64,000 nucleotides of DNA from the human T2T-CHM13v2.0 reference genome, Homo sapiens. Where the stretch lies: assembly GCF_009914755.1 (NCBI RefSeq), contig NC_060928.1; one strand, 5' to 3'. Positions within the stretch are counted from its first letter, which is position 1. Every line of letters starts with the position of its first letter. A model generated the notes under the pieces. The model was not told the origin of the DNA. It was given only the letters and a program-made list of their open reading frames with translations, and did not search any database. The translations under genes and the position numbers were made by a program. Of this stretch, positions 13,281-29,860 are shown in pieces.

Positions 13281-14565
13281 AGTGTGGCTCAAGTACTTAA
13301 ATAAACTTTTTCTTCACTTTCTAATTGGATTAGCTTTTTGAAGATGGATTGACTCAAGTGTTTGATATTATGGTCATTGCCATGCCATTGCTTGAAGCAG
13401 TTCCTTTCATTTTTTGTCTTCTAAGTTCTACCTATAGAAAAAAGTCTAAAATCTCCTACATGAAAATTTCAAAATGCCTATTGCAACTTCAATCCTTCCA
13501 CTTAACTGTTTAATTTCTCTCTGAATGTTCCAGAGACCAGCTGATATTTCCATATTGAAGGACCTTGATCTTAGCCTTGTGAAATAACCAGGCTTACAAT
13601 TGAGGAGGAGAAAAATTGTCAAAGACCTGCTCTCTGAAATAACCTTTTCAAATATTTTGTGTGATTTAAATTATTTTTATGTGTGCAAGAAGAGTTAGTT
13701 GACAATGCTTCAACATAGATTAGGATTCCACAAACAGCCATGTTGAAAACTTATATTCACTACAGAGTAGTGTCTGAACAAGAAAAGATGGGAGTAAGCA
13801 TTCCAAAATAATAACATTAAGGCCTTTAAGATTATGAGGGACTTTTTTCTTCTTCACATTTTTTGTACTTTTATGACTTGTGAGTATGGTTTTACTATCA
13901 TATTGCATTACATTCCTTGTACAAAATAATATTAGCATTGGTATTGTTTTTAGTGCTTTTAATTGTATTATCCAACATTCCTTTAGATGTCTTTATTACT
14001 CAAGAATTCATTTTAATTTTATTGTAAGAAAAATGTAGTTCAGGTACAGATGGTTTAAAGATGACTTAATAAGCAGTGAACAAATCTTTCAGCAATCTGG
14101 TTCTATATCCATCATGAGACTGTGGCATTAAAAATGGCCTTTATCATACAGATAAAGCTAAGAGAATTCATGGCTTTACAAGCTTCCAATTAGTGGCAGA
14201 AATGAGACTAAAGATTTAGTCCTTTGTACAAAGGGCTGGAAAATCATTTAATATATTTTAATAAGTCAATTTAATTGACCATCCTATTTTCAGGCTCAGT
14301 ATAGCTGGCAAGTCAATATTATCAACAGTAATCAAAACTGCCAGCAATGTGAAAGAAATCAGTCTGATAAATTGTATACAATTAAACTCTTATTTAAATG
14401 ATTTTCTAAAATTATCAAAAATGATAGAAAAAGGATGGGAACATTTACTGAAAGTGTAAGACACGCTCTTCACTGGTAAGACTAAATATAAATTCTGAGA
14501 ACTCTTCTCTTTGTTCCCTCCCAATTAAATGCCATCGTGTTTGCCCTTAATGAAGAATTAAAACT

Positions 14566-14881
14566 GGCTGGGCGTGGTGGCTCACAAATGTAATCCCAGC
14601 AATCTGGGAGGCTGAAGTGGGCAGATCACCTAAGGTCAGAAGTTTGAGACAAGCCTGGCCCACACGGCAAAACCATATCTCTACTAAAGATACAAAAAGT
14701 AGCCAGGCATGGTGGTGCACTCCTGTAGTTTCAGCTGCTCGGGAGGCCGAGGCTTGAGAATCTGTTGAACCTGGAAGGCAAACATTGCAGTGAGCCAAGA
14801 TCATGCCACTCCAGCCTGGGAGACAGAGTGAGACTCTGTCTCAAAAAAAAAAAAAAAAAAAAAGGAAAAGAGAAAAAGAAA
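14566..14881 (+). mobile_element. AluS element
   Basis: Full dimer with poly(A); TSD aagaattaaaact (14553-14565, 14882-14894). Confidence 0.97.
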
Positions 14882-16997
14882 AAGAATTAAAACTATGGGG
14901 CCCCTACTTTGTACTTCATGGCAGTTTAAGAAAATGATTGAGAGAAGAGAAAGAAATGTTCTATGGGCTAGCTAATAGTGTTTGAGAGAACAGTGATCAA
15001 CAAAATCTATCTTATTTTTAAAAATAGTCAAAAACTTTTTACAAATTTTTTTATACATAAACCAAATTAAATATACCCTAAGAGTTACCTAATAACTGTT
15101 ATAGGAGGGCAAATGAAAAATCAGATTGGAAAAGAGCATAAAAGCATTTAAGTAATTTTTTAGTAAAAATTATTTATGCTTCTGTTTATCCTCTAAAACA
15201 GTGGGAAGAAATGGTATAACTGTAGTATGTGATACCTAAAACAATCTCATTTATTTCATTTCATTCTTACTAGCCTAATTTTTTGTTTTGTTTTAATCTC
15301 TAATGTAATGTAGTGTTAAATAACATAATTTCCTGTACATTAGTCATAGTCCTCCATTTTTCTACATCAAATGTTGGTGGTCAGATGCATAACCTACCCA
15401 ACTCATTAATATCTTTGCCTTGGAACACTTCAGAGACAGATGTGTTGGCTGGTTTCCGTTTAACTTTAGTACTTCCTTATGGAGAAAGTTATTCATTTAA
15501 AAATGAGTTATAAATAGTCTATCACAATGAAAAACAAAAAAAATCATTTTATCTCAATCACATCTCTAATTTTAAGTGAATGTATATATGGAAAAATAAA
15601 TTTTTCATGTGCAAATGCATCTAATGTCCTTTTAATTTTATTCCATCTTTACAACTTTTGGCTTATACAGTATATTTCTCCTGAAACATGCAATTCTTTG
15701 CATTGTAATTATTCATTTTATCATTGTCTAATAAGGTATAAATACTAGGTTAGAGTTTGAAAACCTATTGAGAAGGCTGAGTATAGAAACCTCTAATGGA
15801 AAAGGGAAACACGTAAGCCCTCTATTTAAGATGTCCTTTCTGACAGGAGCATGAGATAGAACACTCTTGAATTGCTACTTCTTCTTGAGCAAGTGATTAA
15901 TGTTGTTAGTAGAAAGACATGATCACAACATATAGCTCAGCAACTCAGTCTACTGTACCAGATTTATGAAGCCTAGGTCAATATAAATTGTAGGAGACTG
16001 ACAACCTTGTAATTCACTAGGGAACAATGATCAAAATGAAAACATGGCCTTGATGTTGTCTTTGCTCACTATTTTCATTGGCAGATGTACAATTGAGTAA
16101 AAAACTATCTTGGCATTTAATGAGCAGGTAAAGTATGAGAAATAGCCCTCCTTGAATGCTGTCTTTAATCTTCAGTGATGGCTCAGGCATTGGAAACAAA
16201 GGTGAGTTTTATAGGGGCAGAGTTGACTAGTTATTCCATTAGAGGACTCCTCAGCCAGTTCTCCTAGATGAGTTAAAGTATTTATTTTCATGTTTTTACA
16301 TTTTGAGTAAGAAAAATTTCTAACATGTTAGAAAAACATTGTGCATATGAAAACAATGTCTTTCAAAAGTACATAATTCAACAATTCAACATAATACAGA
16401 AAGTTCTATGACTTTGAAGTTTATTTTAAAGTCAAATGGAAACAACCATCTACTCTATTATTCTCATATAAGTTATATCCACCTAGGTGATTTAAAGGAC
16501 CTCCAGGCCATTAGGCTAAAATAACAAAATAACTCATAAGCATGGCATCAAGTGCTTATTATCACCCCGTTGTCATCTAAAGGTCTCGTTCCTTTTATTA
16601 CATCTATTTCTTACATTATCCTATTTTTAAAAAGCTTTTATGCTTTAGCAAAATTGTTCTCATCAATAAAAGCATTGTCTGAATTACATGAATGTTCTTT
16701 TAATGTGGTGTTCACTCTTTTTAGTTGCTCTATGAAATCAGCTCCAGAAGATTAGGCACTCATTAGGTTTTTTGGGAGGCACATACTAAATCCTGAATAA
16801 AAGAAATAATATTTAGTTTCAGCTGCAAGAATGGAATGGAAAGAAGAAGTAAGTTCAGAGTCTCAGATAAGACTTTCAAATGAAAAACAAACTGGAAATT
16901 TAGCAGATGATTGTGGCCATATCAACTTGGATTGATTTACAGCATTTCATGTGATTTTTAATGTCCTCTGTTTACCATATTGACTTCTGAAAGTTAG

Positions 16998-17341
<344 letters not shown>

Positions 17342-17721
17342 TGAAAGTTGGTTTAATTTTCTAATAACTATGTTTGTACAACCTAAAAGTAAAGTAAACA
17401 ATGAAAAATAATTATATGCATTGTCTTATCCGTTAGATGAAAAAGCTAGATATTTGGAAACAAATGACTGGATGAATTTATTTTTCACTTGCCAACTGAA
17501 ATGAGCAGCAAGAGTATGTAAATATACTATAATTTGAGTAGCATCAAAAGGATCCCTGTTTAACTGTATTTCCAGCACAAGTATTTCTCAAATTCAAACT
17601 GTGAATAACGTTTTCAGAGAAAGTGTCAAAGATCCTGATTAAAGTAAGAAAGTAATTCATTAAGCTACTAACATCTCATTACAAATTAGCATATGAGATT
17701 AGCTAAATAGTAATCTGATTG

Positions 17722-17995
17722 TAATGATATTAGCTAACACACAGAGTATATACTTTATGTCAGTCATGTGCCTAAGAGCTGTATGTATATAAATTTAAAT
17801 GATCTTCCCAACACACCCCTGAGGTAGACACCCAGAGGGTAATCATTATTATTATCCCCAGTTTACAGATGAGGAAACTGAAAGATAGTATTAAGCAATT
17901 TGTCCAAAGTGGCACACTTAGGAAATAGTAGAACTGGGATTTAAATCCAGGAACATAAATCCAGAGTCTGTGCTCTTAATCACTATGGCACAAAT
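17722..17995 (-). mobile_element. MIR
   Basis: attattatccccagtttacagatgaggaaactg...gggatttaaatccagg...tgctcttaatcact. Confidence 0.85.
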
Positions 17996-18129
17996 AAAGC
18001 ACCACAGTGTGGATGGTGGTACAAAGTAGAGGGGATTCCTCCCTTGCCACACACACAAACGTAAATAGTAAACATAGTGTCTCACTGATTTGCCTAGGGT
18101 CAGTGATATATACAGGTGGATGGAAAAAT

Positions 18130-18290
18130 ATGTTTATGCATATACAAATAGGTGTATATATAGACATATATATGTATACCTACATATATATATACATATA
18201 TACATCCATACACCCAGGTATATAGGTATATGTATATATACATATATGTACCCATACGTGTGTAATGAAATTTTATATAAATATATGTGA
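18130..18290. repeat. TA/CA-rich low-complexity repeat
   Basis: Degenerate (TATA/TACA/TATG)n; source of the Y/I/M-rich spurious ORFs. Confidence 0.85.
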
Positions 18291-18939
18291 ATATGACTGA
18301 GAAACTGGTGAAAATATGAGCTACAAGAATAAGTGTCCTAAAATTTAAGGCATAAAATTCCATATCAAGTTCATAGAACTCAAGTTCTAAGTATATCTTC
18401 CACAAAATTGCATTTAATTAGGTACAAACAGATATATAACATTTATAACTTTTTTCAAGTTTTGCCACTCTTTTCAGAAATTGTATTATCATTAATTATT
18501 ATTCATTGAGTAAATGGATGACTATTTATTAAGGGACTGGATTAATTATTACTTATTGAGTGCTCACAATGTGCCAGGGACGGCTGGCAGAGCATAAAGG
18601 GACACTGTTCTCACCCTCGAAGAATTCACCAGATAAAGAGAAAAGACAGATGCACTCAGCCTTAGCCTTTAAAGGTGGTTATTGGTGTTTTTGTTACACA
18701 GAGAGGATGCTTTTGTGTGCGCGTACATGTGTGTGTGTGGTCAGCCAAATAATATGTGACTTACTTGACTATTTCACTTGGTCGTCAATTCATAGGATTG
18801 GGTCTTAGAAAGTTGAAATTAAAGCCATGTATCAGGCCTCATTTTCCCCCACCACACAAAAAGAAATCAAAAGGTCCATGTCCCATGGCAGGGCATCAGG
18901 ACATCTATCTGCTCTCTGCATCTTGTCCTGCCCCTCTGG

Positions 18940-21300
18940 GGGTCTTATTCTAGCATTGCATGCCTTCCCTCTCTACTAGCTTTTCTCCCCCTTCATCTAC
19001 AAATATTAATAATTTAAGTCACCTTGTTTTGAAAGGAAGTAATAACAAAAGCATAATAAGTTCTTTTTATCCTACAAAGTCCCATTGCTGACCTTTTTAG
19101 CCAGCCTTCCATTTAACTTCTTAGCCTACTGCAATCCAGCTTCTATCAATCTAGCTTCAGCTCACTGAAACTGTTTCTGTTAGGTCCCTAGAGACCACTT
19201 TATTACTAAATCACATGAACATTTTTCAGCATTTACCCTACTTGACCTTCTGCAGGATTTCGCAAAGTTGATAAGTTCCTCTGAATTGTATTAATAAGTA
19301 TTTCAAATAAATACAAATATACAAGTGCTTTAAAAGACACTCTTTACCTACTATTCAGGTAAAACAAATATTGACATTTTGCCATGTTTGCTTGAACTTT
19401 AGCTTATTTAAAAAAATAAGAAATACCTAAAAATTCCCCATTATTTCCCCATTATTTTCCTCTCCAGAAGTAGCTTATAACCTGACATCAATATTATTGA
19501 TGCCTTTTTCAAAATATTCTGATCCTTTGGCTTGTGTGCATCATTCTCTCTTGGTTCTCCTCACCCATTTTGACATATAATTTTTAAAATATTTCGCTAA
19601 TATCCTGTTAACATAGATACCTCTCCAGGTTCTGTTTTTGGTGGTCTTTGTCCACCCTCCAAATTTTCTTTGAGTGATTTCATTCATTCTTATGGTTTCA
19701 AGCAACATCTCTCCTGATGTATAAAACTAAGCATATAACAGCCTACTGAAAATTGCCACTTATATATTTCACAGGCAAATCAGTGGGACCAGAACTAAGC
19801 ACATTTTTTTTCCTATGTTAGAGCAAAGTTTACTGCTGTAGTAGACAGGCTCACATTTCTCCTATATTAAGGTAGTAGTTCCAAAATATGTCCACAAATT
19901 CTTTGACACCCTCTCCTTCAAAAGGTGGAGCCTAATTCCCTCTCCTTGAGTGTAAGCTAGAGTTAGTGACTCCCCTCTAACAAATATGAAGTGGTGAAAG
20001 TGATGATGCATAACTTCCAAGCCTAGGGTTGTAAAAAGTGTTCTCTCTCTCTCTCTCTCACTTGCTTTGGGGAAAGGAACCTCCTATGTCATGAAGACAC
20101 TCAAGGAACTCTATCGAGAAATTCATGTATCAAGAAACTGAGGCCTACTGCCAATAGCCATATGAGCGAATCATCTCAAAAGTGATTTTATAGCCCCTGT
20201 AAAGCCTTCACATGACTGCAACCTTATGAGATATCCTGAGCCAGTACCACCCAACTAAGTTACTTCCAAATATCTGACTCCATAGATGCTATGAGGTAAT
20301 AAATGTTTATTGTATTAAGCCAATAACTTTTCAGGTAATTTGTTATTATATGGGGTAATTGTTATTATAAAAATAGAACACCGACAAGTAAGTTAGAAAA
20401 AATTAGCTGCTCTAATAGATAAGCCTGCAATTTTTAGTCACTTAACACAATAGAAGTTGAAGTGTAACACTTTCTGTTTCCTACCAACAACTTCATACTA
20501 TGGAAGTGGGAACATGAATTTTCTAGATGCTAGTTTTCTCAGACATACTTTCATTTTCCACATTAATGAATGGCATTCCCAGTCTTTTGCAAGCTAAATT
20601 TGCCAAAGTCAGAAATCTGTGAAATGTCTTGATTTTCTGACTCTCTTCGCCTTACACAGGTAATCAATCACCAAATATTGTTGATTCTAACTTTACAATA
20701 TACATTTTTTCCAATCCATTTTACTTTCTTTCTCTGCTGCCATTTTAGGATAAGATGATTGCAATAATTGACTTTCCTACAAATTTTGCACCCTTCAACA
20801 TATTCTCCATACTGCATGTTATAATTTTTCTTACCTTAATATCCAGTTATATCTTTCACATAAAAATAAACAAATACAAAACAATACAATCTTATTAGCC
20901 AATTATCTAATAAATATGTTCTATATACCTTAGATTGGGGGAAAAATGTTAACGATGACATTGAGATCTTTGACTGACTTTCTAAGCTCATCTCATGACA
21001 TTTTCCTTACTTCAAATTTCAGATTTCAGCCACTCTGTACCTCCATGATTTCCTCCTAAATGAACAATGCTCTCTTTTGCCTCATTAACATTACATATGC
21101 TTCTTTATCTAATCTTTCCTTTCATCTTTATTCTTTACTCATGAAGCCTCATTTCAAGTACCATCTTTCTCAAGAAGTCTTTTCTCAGCACCTACTTGGT
21201 ATTTTTTCATTCTCCTGTAACATGCTGTGCACACCTCTCACTTTCTTTTCTTTACCATCAGACTCTTTGGGAATTTGAATCTCCACAATCTATGCCTGGG
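18940..21300 (+). mobile_element. Fragmented L2 (interrupted by MLT1F and other inserts)
   Basis: cctactgcaatccagcttct...cactgaaactg; aatcaatcaccaaatattgttgattcta; ttcagccactctg...ttcctcctaaatgaac. Confidence 0.55.
19872..20381 (+). mobile_element. MLT1F-like MaLR LTR
   Basis: gtccacaaattctttgacacc...cttcaaaaggtggagcctaattccctctccttgagtg...aataaatgtttattgtattaagcc...gtaatttgtta. Confidence 0.8.
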
Positions 21301-21331
21301 AACACTATAGGTTTCCCCCAAGTTATAGTTT

Positions 21332-23537
<2,206 letters not shown>

Positions 23538-23542
23538 TTATA

Positions 23543-23670
23543 CCTGTGCTGTCCAATAGAGTAGACACTAGTCACAGGACATGGCTATTTAAATTAAAAT
23601 TAATTAAAATTAAATAAAATTGAAAATTTAGTTTATCAGCCCCTCTGGCTATATCTCAAGGGCTCAGTAG
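23543..23670. mobile_element. MER33/MER3-type DNA transposon fragment
   Basis: ctgtgctgtccaatagagtag...catggctatttaaattaaaattaattaaaattaaataaaatt. Confidence 0.7.
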
Positions 23671-23984
23671 ATATTAATAGAGGAATAGAATACACTGATT
23701 AAATTCAGCCTTCTAACTAGCTTACAAATGCAAAAAAATCCCTGGGAAAGGAGTAGTTTCTTATGTGATTAGCTAAATGTAACTTTGTATGAATGGGGAG
23801 GTTGGACCATTCCAGTGTAATGCTTGATCTCATTTTATTTGATTAGGCAAATTATAGACCAACGGCATGAAATGTATTACTATACCAATGTAAACTCCAA
23901 AATGTGAATCTCATTATAGCTGTGGCCTTGAGGCCTTTTAATGTTGAATCAAACTAACAAGTTCAAGTAGTTCAAAAGAATGTT

Positions 23985-24024
23985 CACACATACACACAGT
24001 CACACACATGCACACTCACACACA
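23985..24024. repeat. Imperfect (CA)n
   Basis: cacacatacacacagtcacacacatgcacactcacacaca. Confidence 0.8.
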
Positions 24025-24719
24025 GGTGTTAATTAGCTCTTCTGCAAAGGAAAGCTTAACCCCTTGTGCTATAATTCAGGGAAAAAAAAAGAAACAGCAA
24101 CATCAGTCAATTTGTGAAAATAATAAAAATAATCAAGCTACTTGAATGTTGCAGCAATTTCAAACATACTTAATTGTGTGATTTCGATGTAGATAGTAAG
24201 TGACCAGGTTGACAGAGAGCTAGACTCTAGACTACAAAAAACATCATATGTTCTGGCAAATATTTCACCACACTTTTGGTTGTACAACATTTGCGTCCCA
24301 ATCATATAATTCAGGAATTTCATCTCCTTATAAATCTAGGTGGAAGTCACAGCCTATGTGTTTGCTTGTGGCAACAGCAGTGTCTGTATCAGACTGGTCT
24401 ACTTATAAAATTTTTGGTTAGAGATCTGACTTCAAATATTTCCTACATATATGTTTGCTTCCTCAACCTGGTATTTTATTCCCTACCCTCTGATCTTTCC
24501 GGTGTATCTGTGCCTTTCATGTCCTTTCATTTGATTTTCTAGGCATAGTCACCCAGGTCAGAAAAGCAGGCTCAGGAAGTGCTGGCTTATGGGCTACTTA
24601 TATATTTCATTTGTATCGAATGCCACAAAGAACTTGACTGACACACCTGCCATGGTAAAGTCTTTAAATTTCTTAACCTACGGACAAACTGGAGCCATTG
24701 AAGGGCTACAAGTCAGAAA

Positions 24720-25430
24720 CAAAAATTTTTGAAATATAAAATGCTACAATCCCTTTGGGGGACAGTGTGGCAGTTGTTAAGAAGTTAAAATGTACCTATC
24801 ATTGTCCCTTTCCTATTTACCCAAGCAAGATGCATATGTTCATAAACATATGCATACAAATATAAACAGACAAAGGCTTGTATACAAATGTTCATATGTT
24901 TACAAACATAATCATACAAAGGCTTGTATATAAATGTTCATAGCAGCTCTATTCATAATTGCAAAAAACTGAAAACAACACAAATGTCCATCAACAGGTG
25001 AACAGATAAACAAATTGTGGCATATCCCTACAGTGGAATACTATTCAGTAATAAATAACATCAACTATTTATATATGCTGCAACTTGGATGAGTGAAAGA
25101 AGCCAGTCTCAAAAGTTTCCATACTATTAATATATAATTCCATTTATTTTTCATTCTCACAATGGTAAAGCTATAATAATGTAGAGCCTGTCAGCTTTGG
25201 AGAGGGGTTTGTGACTAAAAGGGGATGATTTGAGAAGGTCTTTTGGGGGGGGTGGGACTATTCTGTATTCTGATTGTAGTAGTGTTTATACAAATCTATA
25301 AATATATTATGGTTCACAGAACTTCACACATGCACACATACTTGCTCACCAAAAATGTCAAAATTACTGTATAATACATTTTAAAACAATATTTTAAAGT
25401 GAAAAATAGTATACAATTAAAAATAAAAAT
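24720..25430 (+). mobile_element. L1M (ME/MD-like) 3' fragment
   Basis: aaatgttcatagcagctctattcataattgcaaaaaactgaaaacaac...aaatgtccatcaacagg. Confidence 0.8.
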
Positions 25431-25519
25431 AATTCTATGAAATATAGTCTACACAATACATCATCAAAACTTAGTAGTAGAATGTTTATTTAACATTAGA
25501 AATATCATTTTTTGAGTTT

Positions 25520-28500
25520 CTTTTACCTTTTCATTTTGAGATAATTGTATATTCATACACAAATAATAGAGGGAGTCTGTATATCCTATATCAGGCATCT
25601 AATGATAACATCTTCTAAAGCCATAGTATTTGAATAGTACAATATCACAACTAGGATATCAGCACTAGGACAGTCACAATAGAGAAAATATCATTGTTCC
25701 AAGGATCTCTCCTTTTGACATTTTATAGCCTTACCTGTCTTCCTGTCTTTACTTGGTCCCTTACCCTTGGCAACTACTTTTTCATTTCTATCATTTTGTT
25801 GTGCAGTATGTAACATTTTGGGATTGACATTTTTCACTCAATATAATTCACTGGAGATTCATCCAAGTTACTGTGTGTACCAATAGTTCATTCCTTTATT
25901 ATTATTGAGATGTATTCCAAATATGACTATACTACAGATTGTTTAAAAATTCACCAGCTGAAGGATATCTAAGTTGTTTTCAGATTTTGCAACTACAAGT
26001 CAAGCTGCTGTGAACATTTATTTTGACTTATCTGGGATAAATGCTCAATTGTGCAATTTTCGGGCCTTATAGTAATTACATGTTTTGTTTTATAATACTG
26101 CCAAAATGTTTCCCAGAGTAGCCTTACCATTTTACATTTACACCACACAATATATGAGTAATACGTTGTAGAAATCTAGTTTTTCTACATCCTCATCAGC
26201 ATTTGATGTTGTTACTACTTTTTAGTTTAGCCATTCTGATAGGTGTGAAATAACATCTCATTGTGGTTCTAATTTGCATTTCCATAGTGAATAATGAGGT
26301 TGAATGTCTTTTCATATGCTTATTTGCCCTCTATGTATCCTCTTTACTAAAATGTCTATTTTTTTTGCCCATTTTAGTTTCTTTGTTGAGGGGATTTTAT
26401 TGTTGTTTTACTGGTAACTTTTGAGAGTTATTTATATATTCTAGATAATAGTTCTTTGTCAGATGCAAATTCTGTAAATATTTTCTGCCAGTGTGTAGCT
26501 TGTTTTTACATCTTCTTAACAGGGTCTTTCACAAAGCAAAAAGGTCAGTTGTTCTATTACCGTTTATTGAAAATAATATTCTTCCTATATTTCATTGCTT
26601 TTGTACCTCTGTCAAAAATCAGCCAGGCATATTTGTAGGTCTATTTCTGAGTTCTTTATTCTGTTTTATTTATTTGTGTATCTATCTATCTTTCTTCCAA
26701 TACCACATTATCTTGATCACAGAAGCTAATAGGGCTTAATAATTGGATAGCATAACTCCTCTCACTTTTTCCTTCTTTTTCAGAATTGTTTAGTTATTCT
26801 AGGGCCTGTGTTTTTGCATATAACTTTAGGTAAGGTTTTGTATGCATACAAAAAGGCTTTTCTAGAATTTTGATAGGAATAGTATTAAGCCCATAGATTA
26901 GTGTGGGGAGAATTGACATCTTTACTATATTGAGTCTTCCAGTTCAATAACATGTCTCTCCATTTTTTAGGACTTTAATTTCTTTCATTAGTATTATGTA
27001 AATTTTAATACATGGAGCCTGTGTGTTAATTTTATACATAAGTATATCATTTTATTGAAGTAATTGTGAATGATATAGTGTTTCAAATTCCTGTTTCCGC
27101 ATTTTTATTGTTAATATATACAAATGCAATTGATTTTTGTATAATCATCTTGTAGTCTGTGAAACTACTTACCCTGTGAATTTACTTATCAGCTTTAGGA
27201 GTATTTTTGTAGATTCTTTAAGATTTTCTACATTGACAATTGTGTCTTCTGTAAGTATGGACAGTTTTATTTCTGCCTTCCCAATGTGTATGTCTTTTGT
27301 TTCTTTTTCTTGCTGAGACTATGCTGAATAATAAGAATGGCTGAGAGTAGACATCTTTATCTTGTCTCTGATTTTAAGTAGACATTCAGTCTTTCACCAT
27401 TAAGTATGATATTAGATATAGATTTTTTGTGATTCTCTTTTGTGAAGTTCAGAAGTTACCCTTTGTTCCTAATTTGCTGAGAGTTTTCATCAGTAATAAA
27501 TATTGGATTTGGCTAAATGCTTTATTTGCATCAACTGACATGAGCATATAGTTTTTCTTCTTTAGTCCGTTGATATCATAGATTACATAGATTTTTTAAA
27601 GTTGATCGGCCCTTGCACATCTGAAACTACTACTACTTTGTATGGTATACAGTTATTTTTATACATTGCTGGGTTCAACATGTATTATTTTGTTGACAAT
27701 TTATTACCTAAGTTTATGAGAGATAATGGTATAGTTTACTTTTGTGTGTTTTTTTAAATACATTTTTGGTCTGGTTCTGTAGCCTCATAAAATGAGTTGG
27801 AAAGTACTTCCTTTATTTTTCCAAGGAATAGATTGTGAAAATTGGTGTTAATTCCTTATTAAATGTTTGAGAGAATTCACCAGTGAAATGGTGTAGAACT
27901 GGATTTTGGGGCTTGGGGTAATTAAAATTCAATTTCTTTAATGGTTATTGATTATCCAGATTGTTTCATCTTAGTTGAGTTTTGTTAGTTTCTGGTTTTT
28001 GAAGAATTGGTCCATTGCTTGTCATTAAGAAATTTCTAAGGAAAGCCGTTCATTATGTTCTCTGATTATCCTTTCAACGGCTGAAGAATCTCCAGTGACA
28101 TTATCTATCTTGTTTCCAACATTGATGATTATTGTCTTTTTAAAAAATCTTTGTCAGTCTTGCCAGAGGTTTATCAATTTTGTTGATTCTTTTGAAGAAC
28201 CAGCTCTTTGCTTCATTGATTTTTGTCTATTGTGTTTCTGTTTTCAATTCCATTGATTTCTGTTATTATTTTTACTGTTTTCTCTCTTCTACTTGTTTTT
28301 AGTTTATTTTACCCTTTTTCTCCGAGTTTCCAGAGGCAAGAATTTATTGACTTGAGACTATTCCTTTTATCTAATGTAAGCATTTAGTGCTACATATTTC
28401 CCTCCCTGCATATCAAAATATGTGGGATAATGCAGCCTCTTAGAAAATGATCTGTTTCAATGAATGTTCCATGGGCATGTGAAAAAAATGTATATTCTGT

Positions 28501-29390
28501 TGCTATTTGGTAGTTGGTGCTATATATATATGTCAATTAAATACTGTTGATTGGTTACGTTGTTCAATTCTATATTCTTATGACTTTTCTATCTAGTAGT
28601 TCTATCAATTGGTGGGATTTGTGTATTTGAGTGTTTAGCTATAACTGTTGATTTATTTATTTCTCCTCTATCAGCTCTGTCAATTTTTGCTTCATGTATT
28701 TTGAGGCTCTCCTCTTTTTTTTTGTTTTTGGCATGTGTATGTTAAGGATATTATGTCTTTTTGGAAGACTGACTCTTTTATCATTATATAATATCTCTTT
28801 TTGTCTCTAGTAATATTCTTTGTCCTGAAGATGACTTTATCTGATTATTAGTATAGTCACTCTTGCTTTTTTAAAAATTTATATGCGCATAGTATATCTT
28901 TTTTCATCTTTTATTTGAAATCTATGTTATTATATTTGTAGTGAGTTTCTTGTGGATAGCATATTGTTAGGGAATCTTTTTTTAATCCACTCTGCCAATC
29001 TCTGTTGTTTAATTCATGTTTCAAGGTGTACGCTAGGTGACAAGATACGCCTACTTGTGCTCTGTACCCATCAATATAGGTTCTGTCTCAAGGGAGGTAC
29101 TAGTGTCTGTGCCTGCTGACATTCCTTGTTGGAGGTCTCTGCAGTATCCTGTCTGAAATATGTGGAACAATAAAGAAACCCAGGATTCGCCTTCGTATTG
29201 TTCCTCAAGTCTGAGGACCTTAAGCAGTCTTGACACATTTCAGAGACTCTTTTTTTGTTGTTGTTGGGACTCTTTTTTGTTGTTGTTGTTGTTGTTGGGA
29301 CTCTTTTTTTGTTGTTGTCCAGGGTTTTTTCATTGTAAGAGGCAGGACCTAGTAAGAATGGGACTTCTTTCTCTTGCAGAAACTAGAAGT
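25520..29390 (-). mobile_element. Long old L1M (L1MC-like) element, antisense, decayed
   Basis: Continuous reverse L1 homology (catctcattgtggttctaatttgcatttcc; ggagaattgacatctttactatattgagtcttcc; aagaaccagctctttgcttcattgat). The last ~370 bp are less certain. Confidence 0.85.
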
Positions 29391-29477
29391 CTGAATAATA
29401 ATTTTCCAGCTCATCAATACATTTATTAAGAGCCTATTATTTGCCAGACATTTTGCCAGGTGTGTTGCTAAGTAAGT

Positions 29478-29588
29478 AGGAAAGGAAGGAAAAGGAAGGA
29501 AGGAAGGAAGGAAGGAAGGAAGGAAGGAAGGAAGGAAGGAAGGAAGGAAGGAAGGGGGAGGGAGGGAGGGAGGGAGGAAGGAGGGAAA
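29478..29588 (+). repeat. Polypurine tract: (GGAA)15 plus (GGGA)n
   Basis: 111 nt of only A/G; uninterrupted GGAA x15 at 29494-29553. Confidence 0.97.
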
Positions 29589-29599
29589 CATGTACTCAT

Positions 29600-29860
29600 T
29601 TTCCCAGTTTCAGCAAACATTTCACTGCCTTCTCTAATGACTCCAGCTAGGCTAGCCCCTTCCCATTACATGTTCTCATCGCACTTCTAAATTTCCCCTT
29701 TACAGATCTCATGACACTTGCATCTTATCAGTGTCTGTCTTCACTTGCAGACAAGATTGCTGAGAATAGTTATCTTTCTTGCTGCAGTATCCCATTGTCT
29801 ACTGCAGAGACGGGCACAAGACAGGCATCTGCCAATATTCATTAATTAAGCTGATAAATG
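29600..29860 (+). mobile_element. L2 3' fragment
   Basis: gtctgtcttcacttgcagacaagattgctgagaa...gtatcccattgtctac...ggcacaagacaggcatc. Confidence 0.5.

Noticed and set aside
29244-29320. Short direct repeats as a CRISPR-like array
   Set aside because: Eukaryotic slippage repeat with no unique spacers and no cas genes.
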